A DNA stretch of 62,841 nucleotides, counting the filler, from Reclinomonas americana ATCC 50394 (lineage: Eukaryota): NCBI GenBank assembly GCA_048213135.1. It is 9 parts of 6 records of this genome, joined end to end, with 100 filler letters (N's around TTAATTAATTAA, not from the genome) between each part and the next. Parts side by side here need not be neighbours in the genome. Positions count along the whole stretch, not along the records: positions 26,990 to 38,692 come from PS015814.1; positions 38,793 to 44,727 come from AFZH01015697.1; positions 44,828 to 53,681 come from PS015815.1; 6 more parts are not named here. The stretch is one strand, 5' to 3'. Each line of letters opens with the position of its first letter. Within the stretch, counting starts at the first letter, position 1. A model generated the notes under the pieces. It made no database searches, was not told the origin of the DNA, and worked only from the letters and a program-made list of their open reading frames with translations. Of this stretch, positions 36,628 to 49,460 are shown piece after piece. A program made the position numbers and the translations under genes.

Positions 36628-37956
36628 ATGAGCGGGCTCGGTCGCGGCGGCTTCATGGGCCGTCGCGGCGCTGCATCGCGCAGTGGCGGCCGCGGAGGCA
36701 GCAAAGTCTCCTATGTAGGCGGCCAGAGCAGGTGAGTCTCTCTCTCTTGTCACAGCACACACACCTTTCCACTCAAAAGTCACTCCATCAGCGCCGATGC
36801 CAACGCCGCCGCGCGGCAATCAAAAGCCGCACAGATGCGTGCGCAGTGGAACGCCACCGACGCGGTGTTTGGCTTCCCGCGGTTGCTGGAGGGACCGAAG
36901 CGACTTGGTTGGCTGGTCAACTTGCGCACAGTTGCGTCTCACGCGGGCATGTGCGTGTGTGCGACTGCTGACGTGTGCTGTTGCAGGTGTTGTTGGACGA
37001 GGGTGAGGGCGCGTCGCCGCACTCGGGCATCGATCTGTACTTTGTGCAGCCGGATGGACAGACGTTCAAGGCCACCATCAAGCGCGAACCGTACTTTTAC
37101 ATTGCTGTCAAGGTCTCGCCCCATCTCTCTTCCTACACGTGAAGGAGGGTGTACTCACCAGTGCCTGTGCAGGAGGGTCTCGAGCACGATGTGGAGAACT
37201 ACCTGATGACCAAATACGAAGGCCAACTGAGCCGCGTGCAGATGGTGATGATGGAGGATCTCGACATGGTGCGCCCGCTCCCTGATCACTCTCTTTCCCT
37301 GTCCATCTCTGACGCACGCATCGCAGCCGAACCACTTGGCCGGTCTGCAGCGATTGTACATGCGGCTGCTGTTCCGCAACACGCAGGATCTGCTGGCAGT
37401 GCGCAATGAGCTGCTGCCGGTGGTGCAAAACAATCAGCGACGCAAGGACTCGGAGCGTGTGGCCGAGGCCGAAAAGGAACTCGGTCTGCGCGGTGGACCC
37501 GCCGTGTCCATGGCATCGGGAGCTGCCGCCGTGGCGGCTGCGGCGGCCGGTGGCGCTGCTGCCCCGACCACCGACTACCTCGGCGCGATCATCGACATGC
37601 GCGAGTACGATGTGCCGTTCCACATTCGTGTCTGCATCGACGAGGGTCTGTGTGTCGCCCTCCACATATATCTACTGGCTGCTGCTGATGAGAGTGATGG
37701 TGTNNNNNNNNNNNNNNNNNNNNNNNNNNNNNNNNNNNNNNNNNNNNNNNNNNNNNNNNNNNNNNNNNNNNNNNNNNNNNNNNNNNNNNNNNNNNNNNNN
37801 NNNNNNNNNNNNNNNNNNNNNNNNNNNNNNNNNNNNNNNNNNNNNNNNNNNNNNNNNNNNNNNNNNNNNNNNNNNNNNNNNNNNNNNNNNNNNNNNNNNN
37901 NNNNNNNNNNNNNNNNNNNNNNNNNNNNNNNNNNNNNNNNNNNNNNNNNNNNNNNT

Positions 37957-38022
<66 letters not shown>

Positions 38023-41000
38023 GCGTTCGTGTGGGCTACTGGTACGAAGTGACGTGGGAGGAGGGCACGGCGTCATTGTTTCATCGCAAGGTGTGGTTAG
38101 AGTGTTGATGGCGGTGGTGGCGCTTCACTGCCTCCGACCTGACACCTCCGCGATGTGCGCCGCAGGATCTGGAGGAGCGTGCCGAGCCGCGTGTGTGCGC
38201 CTTTGATATCGAGACCACCAAGCAGCCGCTCAAGTTCCCCGATCCCGCGTCGGATGTGGTGATGATGATCTCGTACATGGTCGATGGGCAGGGCTTTCTC
38301 ATCATCAATCGGTGCGCCCTCCCCCGTGTCCTTTCCTCCTCCTCTCTGCTTCTCACTGAGAGAACAGCGACGTGGTGTCGGCCGACATTGAGGATTTCGA
38401 GTACACTCCCAAGCCAGAGTATCCGGGCTTCTTCGAGGTGTTCAACGAGCCCAACGAGGCCGCACTGTTGCGGAGATGGGTGGCGCACATGAAGGAGCTG
38501 AAGCCGCTGGTGTATGTCACCTACAACGGCGACTATTTCGACTGGCCGTTCATCGATGCTCGTATGGCGGTGCACGGACTGTGGCTGAAGCAGGTGAGTC
38601 GCCACGCTCCTCCGTCGCCTCTTGCTGCGAATGCTCACGATGTTGAGTGGGGGGCGATGCAGGAACTGGGTTTTGCCAAGAACGACAGCAACNNNNNNNN
38701 NNNNNNNNNNNNNNNNNNNNNNNNNNNNNNNNNNNNTTAATTAATTAANNNNNNNNNNNNNNNNNNNNNNNNNNNNNNNNNNNNNNNNNNNNCGGCCTAC
38801 CAAGAGGTGCAGTCGACTTGCACGTGTTTTTGAACTCCACTTTGTTGCGTGTGTGTGCTGACTGCTGCCGCATTGCAGCTCATCGACAATCTGGACGACG
38901 CGCTGCGGTTCGCCATCACGGTCGAGGGTGGCCTCGATTTCGACGATGTCACCAACTACGAGCAAGTGCGTGACGAGATTGTGGAGGCGCTGCAGGCGCT
39001 GCGCGACCAGCCACGACGTGATGAGCGGCCACTGATCTATCACTTGGATGTCGGCGCCATGTACCCCAACATTATCCTCACCAATCGTCTCCAGCCGCCG
39101 TCCATGGTCGACGAGACAACGTGTGCCGCCTGCGTGCACAATCGACCCGACACTCACTGGTTTGTTTTGCATTGCCTCGGACGCGCGGCTTTTGACAACT
39201 CACCCGTGTGTTCACAACGAGCGAAGTCAGCGGCGCATGAAGTGGGCGTGGCGTGGCGAGTACTTCAAGTCGACGCGCCCCGAGTACGAGCACATCAAGT
39301 TGCAACTGCAGAGTGAGCGGTTCCCCGAGAAGGACATGACGACTGGCGAAACCAAGATCGTCAGCTTCCACGAGCTGCCGGAGGAACACCGGTCGCGCCT
39401 GCTGAAGAAGCGCCTGTCGGACTACACACGCAAGGTGTACAAGCGCGTGCACGAAACGGAAACGGAAGAGCGCACGGTGTGTATGCCTGTGTAGATGTTT
39501 GTTGTTCAATTTGTTTTAACTGATTCCTTGCGTGTCAGGACATTGTGTGCCAGCGCGAGAACCCGTTCTACGTGGACACAGTGCGCGCCTTCCGCGATCG
39601 CCGCTACGAGTACAAGATTCTGCTAAAGGTGAGCACGGAGTGCGTGTGCTCGTTTGTGGTGGAAGGGGCGAAAGAGGCTGACATGAAATGCGTGCATGAT
39701 AGACGTGGCAAGGCAAGTTGGGTGCGGCCAAATCGGCTGGTGATCCGCTCGGAGTCGAGCGTGCGAACAACATGATTGTGCTGTACGAGTCGATGCAGCT
39801 GGCGCACAAGTGCATCTTGAACTCGTTCTACGGCTATGTGATGCGCAAGGGTGCCCGCTGGTACTCGATGCAAATGGCCGGCATTGGTGAGCACGTGCAT
39901 CAACAAACCCGCTTGTTGCATGGTCATGCTGAACCTCCGCACAGTGACGCTGACCGGCGCCGAGATCATCAAGATGGCTCGTCGCTTGGTCGACCGCATT
40001 GGACAGCCGCTCGAGCTGGACACTGACGGTATCTGGTGTGTGCTGCCGGCTTCGTTCCCGGAAAACTTCAAGGTGCGCGCGTTTGTGCTTGCATCTCATT
40101 CATCTGCATGATTACCAACCCAACGAGGTGCGCAGTTCCTGTCACGCAACCCGAAGAAACCGTCGCACGTCATCTCCTACCCGGGTGTCATGCTGAACCA
40201 CGATGTCAATCGGCTCTTCTCCAATCACCAGTATCAGGATCTGGACAAGGAGCGCGGCGCGTACACCATCAAGAGCGAGTGCTCCATCTTCTTCGAAGTC
40301 GACGGTCCGTACCGAGCCATGGTGTTGCCGGCCTCCAAGGAGGAGGGCAAGAACATCAAGAAGCGCTACGCCGTATTCAACGACGACGGCGGGATTGCCG
40401 AACTCAAGGGTTTCGAGATCAAGCGACGTGGCGAGTTGCAGCTCATCAAGGTACGAGGAAACAAGGGGGCACTGTGTGCCAAGTAACACTCTCTCACCTC
40501 GCACCAACAACAACGACAACACAGGTGTTCCAAACCGAGGTCTTCAAGAGCTTCCTGGAGGGCTACACCCTCGACGAGTGTTACGCCGCCGTCGGAGCCG
40601 TGGCGAACCGCTGGCTCGACGTGCTGTTCTCCAAGGGCACTGAAATGCCACCAGATGCCGTGCTGGATCTCATCACAGAGAGCTCCAACATGAGCAAGGT
40701 GCGTGTTTGGTGGCGTGTTTGAGTTTCTCACAGTCCTACCACTCATGCCACGTGTAGAATCTGTCGGCCTACGACGGGCGCAAGAGCTCTGCCATCACCA
40801 CTGCGCGGCGTCTGGCCGACTTTCTCGGCACCGAGCCGGAGAACACACAGGGACTCAATTGCTCGTTCATCATTTCCAAGTACCCGCCCACGCGACCTGT
40901 GACGGAGCGTGCCATTCCCACGCAAATCTTCCACGCCTCCGAGGCCGAGCAGCGTGTGCGTCTGGCGCAATGGACAAAGGAGGTGAGCAGGGCGTGTCTT

Positions 41001-44000
41001 CCCTGGCCAAGTGGGACCTGTGCCGACTGAAAAGTTGTGCAGGTCGGTTTGCCTGTCGACGACCAAACCGCCTTGTTGCGCGATCTGGTCGACTGGGACT
41101 ACTACGTGTGGCGCCTCAGCTCCACCATTCAGAAGATCATCACCATTCCGGCGGCCTACCAGCGTGTCAGCAATCCCGTGCCTCGTGTGCCACACCCTCG
41201 TGAGTCTTTGGCGCCCTGTTCACTCCGCATGCATTGTCTGCCACTCACTTGTCTGTGTATAATGTGTGCGCAGCGTGGTTGCTGGCGCGTCTCAAGGCAG
41301 CGTCCACGGCGCACCAGCAGCGCAAGATCGGCGACATGTTTGGCGCCGCCGTTGCAGCCAGTTGCGTTCTTTCTTGCTGGCAAGTGAGAGTCTCACTCGA
41401 CTTATTCTGGCTGTCACAGAGGCGGCTCTGAAAGACATGGAGGATTTCGGTCGTGCGTCGGGCTCTGGTGGAGCACCGCAGCCGCGCGTTCATTCGCTGA
41501 AACGGTTTGTGTGTCTGTGAGTGTTGAGTGCATGTGCGGGAAGATGATTGATTTTCACTGCTGTCACACGCATACAGCACTCGCGTCGGCGATGACGACG
41601 ACGATGGTGGTGCAATGGAAGAGGATGAAGTGGTGGCTCCTGTGGTTGCCGTCGCGCAGATTGAGGATGCTGCCGCCAAGGCGGCACGAGTGGAGCGGCG
41701 GCGATTGCAACGCTTCGAGGAGCGTTTCTTCACCGGCGCAGATGCCAGCAAGGAAACACTCGGGCGCGAGTTCTTCGATCATCCCACATTTGAGACGTGG
41801 CTCGAGCGCGTCAAGGAGAAGGTACGCACAAGAGCGCAGTCTTTTTTCTTGATCCAAGAGGTGGCGGCGTGCTCACCTCTGCACTGCGCAGTGGCGAGTC
41901 GGTCGCGAGGAGATGAAGCGACGCAAGTTGGCCAGCGATGCCGGAGAGCAGGACTCACGCGCACAACGAGGGTGTGTGGTGTACTCTACGAGGAGATTAC
42001 ATGCTGTGTCCGTTGTCACACTCAATCGACTGTGTGCGCAGTGCGGGCGGCGGACTGTTGTCGTCCATGCTGCTCAATCGGCAGTCGCGTGATCAGCCCA
42101 TTCGTGTGATTTCCATTGTGCCGCAGTTGCAGCGGGTGCGTGCATGTCTGCCCGACAAGATGTATTGATTTCCGCTGATCACACACGTGTGCAGCCTGGC
42201 GTCTATCGCGTGTGGGCACTCGTTGGTTCCGCATTGCATCCGCTGACGGTGCACGTACCGCGTGTATTCTTCTTGAACAGCTTTGTGCCGCAGCCGGTGA
42301 GCCGTACTTCGCTGTGGAGCACTTCTGCATTCCAGCGCCTCACCGTTTTGTCGCAGGAAATTCAAACCGAGGACAAGAGCATGATCAATGTCGCGCGCAT
42401 TCTTCCCAGATGCCGGCCGCGTTCGTTCCTCTACGAGGTCTCACTGAGCGAGCAAGAATTCCTCAGCAAGCGAGCGGTTTGTGCTCACCTTGTTCTGTTA
42501 CTTGGCACGGCAACTCACCGCGTTGTTGCGCCGCAGGAACTGAACGAAAAGTTCCAGTCGCGCGACGTGGAGGGTGTGTATGAGTTGCACGTGCCGCCCG
42601 TGTTCCGCGTCATTGCCAGCCTCGGCTGCGTGTGGAAGCTGTCGAGCGACTCGCGCAAGTCGCTACATGACGAGCTGCAGTTGCGGGATCTGGAGGCGGC
42701 GTCCCCGGGCGTTTCGTACGTCGAGCAGAGCAACTTCCGCACTGTGGCCTTTTACCACATGTGCCCCGACGATGTGAACGACAAGCGAGCGGCGTACGCA
42801 TTGTTCATGCCCAACCCTGTGCCCTCGCGCGTTCATGCCAGCGATGTTGCGTCGTGTTTTTTCCCTGTGAGTGTTTGGAGATGAGTTGTCGTGACTCATT
42901 TTCGCCGTAGCCTGCCATTGGGGAGTTTGATTTCATGAGCAGCGGCAAGGTGTTTGTGGTGGCCGTCGGGCCAACCACGCACGAGGAACCGCGATGGAAG
43001 CGTGTTCTCAGCGAGTGCCTCAGACGTGCCGACACACCATACCGATCGGTGGCTCCCGACTGGCAGTTTGAGGTGCAGCCATCAAATGATGTATGCAAGT
43101 GAGGGTGTCGACCAATGACTCATTGTCACACGCCACACTTACAGACGGCATTTGCTGCCACTGATGCGGAGGCCTTTGGTCGCCTGCACAATCGACTGAC
43201 ACAGTACCTGTCCTCGAGGCGCGCGCCGACCGTAGTCATTGCCTCGTCGCCACTGGACAACTCGACACTGCATCGCCAGTTCCCGGTTGCGTGGATTTCG
43301 ATGGGTGCAGCTGCTGCCGACATTCTGTTTCTCACGCCACCATCTGTGTGTGTGTGTGTGTGTATGTGTGTGCAGGTGTTGCAAGAGTTGCCGGTTATTC
43401 GCGGACACTGGGTCTCCGACGCGGCCGAGTTCACCATGCTGCAGTGGTTCCAGCGGCGTGTGGCGCACGCGCTTGTGTGGCGCCTGCTGTGGATTCCGAG
43501 CATGGTACGCGCACTTGATTGCCCCGATGTTAGTGACAGGCAAGTCATCTCACAACCGTGATGCACAGGTTCAAGACTCGTTGGTGTGGTCGGCATACGC
43601 TCAGGTGCCTGTCGGCAATCTCGACGCCGATCCCATTCTGCAGACAGCCGACTTGCACTATGCTCGATCGTTGCGCGAACACAATCACCTGTTGTGGGCG
43701 TCGGATAGCACGCTGCCGGATCTTGGCGGCATCGAGGAGGACGACGCACTGCTCAACTCGTTTGAGATTCTCGAGAGTGTGGCTGCGCATCCGGGCAGCG
43801 GCTGCTCATCGTCGCGCAATCCGCACGTGTCCACACCTGGCATCTATCGAACCGTGTGCCTCGAGCTGGAGGTGTCGGCGCTCGACGTCAACTCCATCAT
43901 CGCCTCACAGATCATCTATTCATTGGAAGGCAAGTCGCACGCGCAGTATCGGTCGGTCATTGGTTGCGACTGACACTGTGTGTCCGTACAGGTGCCGATG

Positions 44001-44707
44001 CGTTGAGCTTGTACGAGTCAGCGTCGTCACTGGCGTCCGCGAATGTGGCCAATGCGTTTGCGCAGCAGGCCGCGGCGGGTGGAGGAGAGGCCGAGTCAAT
44101 AATGTTGCGTGCTCTCCTGTGTTGTCTGCGTGGTGACGAGCGCCGTATCTCACGCCGAGCATGCGCGCAGGGCCAGTGGCGCCGCCGGTGGTGCCAGCCA
44201 GGGCAATCGTCGCGCACAAATGGCGGCTGCTGCGGCCTCGGCCGAGTGGGCTCGGCGGTGGGCATGGCAGGACGAGTCGGCCATGTGCATGAGTGCCTTC
44301 CGTGTCCTCAAGCAGACTATTGTGAACTGGCTGAACGATCTGCGCGTCACACGCAACAATCTTGCCGACAAGCTGCTCCACAACATCTATCGGTCAGTGT
44401 GCGTCTTCTTCTCGCTTTCCACCGCGCGACGATGGAGCTCACTGTCGCATGTAGCTGGCTACGCTCACCCTCGTCGATGATGCACGACCCGGCGTTGCAC
44501 ACGGTGGTGCACTCCATCATGCACAAGGTGCTGATGCACCTTCTGGCCACGTTCCGCGACATGGGATGCACGGTGTGTCGCGCGATTCCGTTTGTGTAAC
44601 TTGCTGTGCTCATTGTGCGTGGACTTGCAGATTGTGTCGGCCAGCTTCCAACGCATCATTCTCGACACGCGCAAGCACTCGGTGGAGGAGGCCTTCCAAT
44701 ACATTAG
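36628..44707 (+). CDS. POLE: DNA polymerase epsilon catalytic subunit A (about 35 exons; internal gap, C-terminus lost in gap)
   Basis: Exo I AFDIETTK; Exo [11 protein letters not shown]; Pol motifs [42 protein letters not shown]; CysX CAAC...C...CQRENPFY; inactive second polymerase region ([10 protein letters not shown]). Confidence 0.98.
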
Positions 44708-44827
44708 GTGAGTGAGTGAGTGTGTGTNNNNNNNNNNNNNNNNNNNNNNNNNNNNNNNNNNNNNNNNNNNNTTAATTAATTAANNNNNNNNNNNNNNNNN
44801 NNNNNNNNNNNNNNNNNNNNNNNNNNN

Positions 44828-45080
44828 TCACTTGCTCACTCGCGACTCTCGCAGCACATCGCGTCGTACCGGCTCGGCTGACCAAGCCGACTGTGAGATG
44901 GTGCTGCGAAGAGCACTGGACGCGGCGGTGTTGCTGGCCGGCGATTCGATGGCATTCACACCGTCGCCCATGGAGGATGCGGAGATGTTGGTCGACCATG
45001 TCGCGGAAACGGCAGGCTCAGCGTCGATAGGCGGTCTCCTCATGCCCCCTTCTCCACAACGACGCTCGTCGGATGCATAG
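44828..45080 (+). CDS. Probable 3' end of an unidentified gene, after the gap
   Basis: Open frame ...DCEMVLRRALDAAVLLAG...RSSDA*. It lacks the POLE C-terminal zinc fingers. Confidence 0.3.
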
Positions 45081-45254
45081 CCAATGAATAAGGGTCATGA
45101 TAACGCCGCAGGTACGAGTCGCATTACAGATCGGATTACAATAATTTGGTATGTCATGTGCCATGTACCGTGCTACCGTCATCGTCAGGTGACGATCTGG
45201 ATCCACTGTTTGCGGCGTGTTCACTCCGTGTCAATACCTGCGCAACATGCAACG

Positions 45255-48191
45255 TTAAGCGATACTCTTGCAAACTCGACTGCACACCACAGAAACACAC
45301 ACCGATGGAAGCGTCGAGCCGAGGCTTGAATCGTCGGCACCGGTGTGCTGCCGAGGTGTGTCAGCATCCTGCGGTCCTCCGACCCACGCCGGCCAACTGA
45401 ACATTGCTGCAGTTGTGTCTAATGTCGCGTCATCACCGCGGGCGAGTACCACATTCTGCACACAAGCGCGTGAGCTGCAGTCAAAAAAATGTGTCGTCGC
45501 AGCCGTCGTCGCCACAACACTCACCGGATTCCACCTCACGTCGCCCTCGAGAGAAAAGTCGTCGCCTTCTCCATCGTCGTCGTGGCGGAAAAGTCGGCCC
45601 TGTTAGCGATAATGTCAGCAACGGCACACATGGAACACGCAGACACAGAGAGACACGCACGTTAACATCGGCACTCGCACGACGCATTGGTGACTGCAGC
45701 ACACCATCAGCAATCAGCAAACATTGGAAGGAGGAGAACACCAAAGCACGCGGAACGCAACAGCTGCGTTGACTGAAAACGGCGACATGGGAGAGTACGA
45801 AGCATCTAATCGCTGGCTCTCATCTGCCTGCGCCTGCTCGAGCATGCATGAGCACACACAACAACAACAACGAGACCCAAATGTGCTCACCTGCGCCGCG
45901 GACAGTAATGATGGTACAGGACCGCAGTCTAGTGTACCACCGGCGGCGGTTGTGGGTGCCGCAGAGGCGGAGTCGGGACTGCGGGCGACGGCTGAAGCGA
46001 ATCGATGTTGCGGAGTCCACTGCGGTGGTTCCATCTCCACCGAGTCCTCCTCGTCACCAAACGCCTTGTCGTCCATGCACACCGATGTGCCGTCAGTATG
46101 TCGCCGCAAGATAACAGGGGACGACTCGTGACGACTCAGCGGCACCAGGTACTTGTCACTCGGTGCCGTGGAGAGCGCCGGGGAGTTTACCTACATGTAA
46201 GCAGCAAAGTGAGCCACCGACCGACACACATGATCCGGGAATGACGCGTCGCAACTCTCTCTACCGCCAGTGACGCCAGGGTCAGATGCACAGACTGTTC
46301 ACCACTACCGCGCCGCTGTTCCTGGAACGGTGAACCGACGGTCTCGGAGACCGGAGCCAGACTCTTGGCCTCCATGTCATTGGCATTGCTCGATGACATC
46401 CAGAGGCCACTGGGCGCATCTGACGCCGGCGGCGGTGCTAAATCAAACGCCGAAGCTGCTCGATACAGCGGCGCTTCTCGTACGTCGAGCACTGACGATC
46501 CAACTAGTGGTGGTGGCTCGGCAGCTGCTGCAGACCGAGGAAGCGCCGGCTGAATCCGTGGTATTCTCGGTATTGTCGTGTCACCAACGGTGGCTATTGA
46601 CCGACTGCCTTCGTCGCCCAGCAGTGCCAACTGCGACGATGATGCAGACGACAACTGCGCCGCGCTGTCACCATCGCGTGCGCTGAGCTGCGACAGTTCC
46701 CGGCCGCCGTTGCCCTCCTCCAGCATCTGCGCAGGAAAAGGAGAGGGAGGAGAAGAGAGAGAGGGGNNNNNNNNNNNNNNNNNNNNAAGAGGGAGAGAGG
46801 GGAGAGGGGGAAGTGGGAGACGGGGGGAGGCAAGAGACGTCAGCGATGGTCGAGCACTTGCGTTGCAGATTTGAGCGACAGACCTCAGCGCGGTTACGAG
46901 CTGCGACAGCATCGGGTGCTTGTTCGTCCGACGACGGCATAACAGCGCCGCCGTGGAGTCCAAACACAATCAAACACAGTTCGATGGGCAGAAACTGTGC
47001 AATCGCCTGAGCGATGGGATCCTGGTAACGACCACCGCGCGGCTGCTCGCTCCGAATCATCTCCACTCCCGTGTACAGGTGTCGACTCAATCCACCGGCC
47101 ACGTACGTCAGCACGACAATCGCCAGCTGTGAGTAGTCATCAACCGAAGAAGCGCACGTGAGCCGGGGAGGACGGTCGGAAAAGAATGGAGAGTCCGACG
47201 AAGACAACACACCTTGAGTGCGTACCACCTCTGCGCGCGCGTGAGCTTGGCAAATGCATCGGTTCCGGTCCACAGTTGGCCCAGTAATATTAGGCACAGT
47301 ACCATCAGGAACAGGACAAGCAAGAAGCCAACCTGCGTCGACGAATCACGAGTGAGCGGGTGCTGACGATCAAGATGGGAGTTTTCAGCGCACCGAAAAG
47401 ATTGTAAAGGCGAACGATCGTTGCACTTGCGACGAGGCCACGACGACGACCTCTGTGATGACGAAAACAGCAATGTAGAATGGAGCCAGAATCACCAGGA
47501 GGGTGTTCAGCCAGTTGGATCGCCGATGCATGACTCGTTGCGTGAATCTCAACCTGCGAGAGGTGGGGACAGAAAAAAGCTGTTGAGCCTCGCATTGGCA
47601 GAGGACGGCCGGAGATGATCATTGCCAAAACGCACCACATCCTAGTGAGAATGATAAACACCAACCGATCGGCCAACGCCGATGGTGAACACAAAATGGC
47701 CACCTTGCGGCGCGAGACGGGTGTGGCAGCGGTGCAATTGTCCTGGAAGAAGCCAGCAAAAATGTTGCAGGAGCCCACCGCTGTGTGCGCACGTCACCGC
47801 CGATATTTTCTTTGAGTTACCGTCGCAAAACACACACACACTTTCGCATTCTCTCACGAATGGTGACGCAACAGAGACCCAGCAGCATGGCCGAGGCAAA
47901 CACCCACGTGGCTGTTGACCAAAAGTGAGCAGCGTGGTGGCTGTGTCCGTCGCGGTCCGCCAAGACGACCGGCCCTCTGGCGTCACGTATCTGTTGCCGC
48001 AGCTGCGAGTCCTTGGCAAAGAAGCGCCGCAACGACATGGTGAAGAGCACGCTGGCGTGCACCAGCAGAATAACAAACGCGATGCCGGCGACAAAGCTGG
48101 GAATGTCACAACTCTGCACCGCCATCGGGTTGTCGCCATCCGTCATCGGCGACGGTGACATCATCATGTCGCCTGATGAACTGTCTGTCAT
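45255..48191 (-). CDS. Seven-transmembrane (GPCR-like or TOM1/GPR137-like) protein with a long Ser-rich cytoplasmic tail
   Basis: Seven hydrophobic segments across exons (FVAGIAFVILLVH; WVFASAMLLGLCC; LVFIILTRMWCVLAMII; LLVILAPFYIAVFVI; VGFLLVLFLMVLCLILL; LAIVVLTYVAGG; IAQFLPIELCLIVFGL). The 3' end is approximate. Confidence 0.6.
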
Positions 48192-49460
48192 TCTCGCCCG
48201 GCCCTGTTGCAACCGCGAGAGGGAGAGAGTGACAATGAGAAAACAGCTATGATTGGTTGCGCGGACGCCCAATTAATGAGACACACCCACAAACACGCAC
48301 TCTCTGCCCAGCAACAAGCACTGGATGTGTGTGTGTGCGTGCGCGTGTGCGTGTGTGAGCCTTTGTGTGTGCGCGACAAATCTGTATCGAAACAAGTGGT
48401 CTTTCGCGACAGAAAAAACGGGCAAAAAGAAGGCTCATGAGCAACGGCGTGCAACAAACACAGACAGAAAGGAACACACAAGGAAACCGAGCCCATCTAT
48501 CGCCACATGAGCGACTGTACATGCCAGAGAGAATGAAAGAGAATGAAAGAGAAAGAAGGGCGCAATAGGTGGCGAGAATCTTTGCATGTTTTGACATACA
48601 AGGTAAAGGAGTTTACAAGCAGGACATAATTGCCTGTTGCCAAAGACACTGCGCGGAGAACAGAGCGGAACACGGTGCACATGCGTGTGGAGGAAGAGAG
48701 AAAACAGAGAGAGAGCAAGATAGAGAAAAATAACGTGCTTCGTCAATTCGCCACAAAAGGAAGTTGAAAGCCGCGTTCGCAATCGTGGTCATGCACACAC
48801 ATAGCACCCAAGATGCACACTCTCTGTCTCTTCTCTCTGTCACACACACACACACACACACACAAAAGACTCTTCCTCTCTCTCACACACACACAGCCTT
48901 TCACACAAAGAACAGGCAGTGATCAATATGCGACGATTGAAGTGTGAAAAGACAGTGAGCGCTGACGTTTGCCTCACACACACACTCACTCACACACAAA
49001 GACACACTCACACAGAGACACACAGAGAGACACACTCACACACAACGCATGTTCTCACCTGATTTTCGCAAACTCACACTCTGTTGCGCGCGTGTCTCTT
49101 TCTCTCTCTTACACACACACGCGCGCACCAACGCGTTTACACAATGACAAAGAGAGAGACACACACAAACACAACAAGTCTCTCTCTTCTCTTTCGCTGC
49201 GTGCAGTGCGCAGTGTGCAAGCGAGTGTCACTCACTCACACGCGCACACACACACACAAACACACGAGCGCGAGAGTATCTCTCTCTCACACTCTCTCTG
49301 TTGCTCCCTCCTCCCTTGCTCTCTTGTGTGAGTGACTGTGACGACGAATGAAGAGCGTCGTAGGACACATTTACATCTTTTTGTCCTCGCGTTCTCATCG
49401 CAATCAAAGTCGCCGAAGGGGCTGTTATCTCTCTCTGTTTGTCTGTCTGTGTCTCTCTAT

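Noticed and set aside
19373..44707. Alternative genetic code or stop-codon readthrough
   Set aside because: In-frame stops examined in RPN1, SEC8 and POLE fall in removable GT-AG/GC-AG introns. TAA, TAG and TGA all end genes normally.
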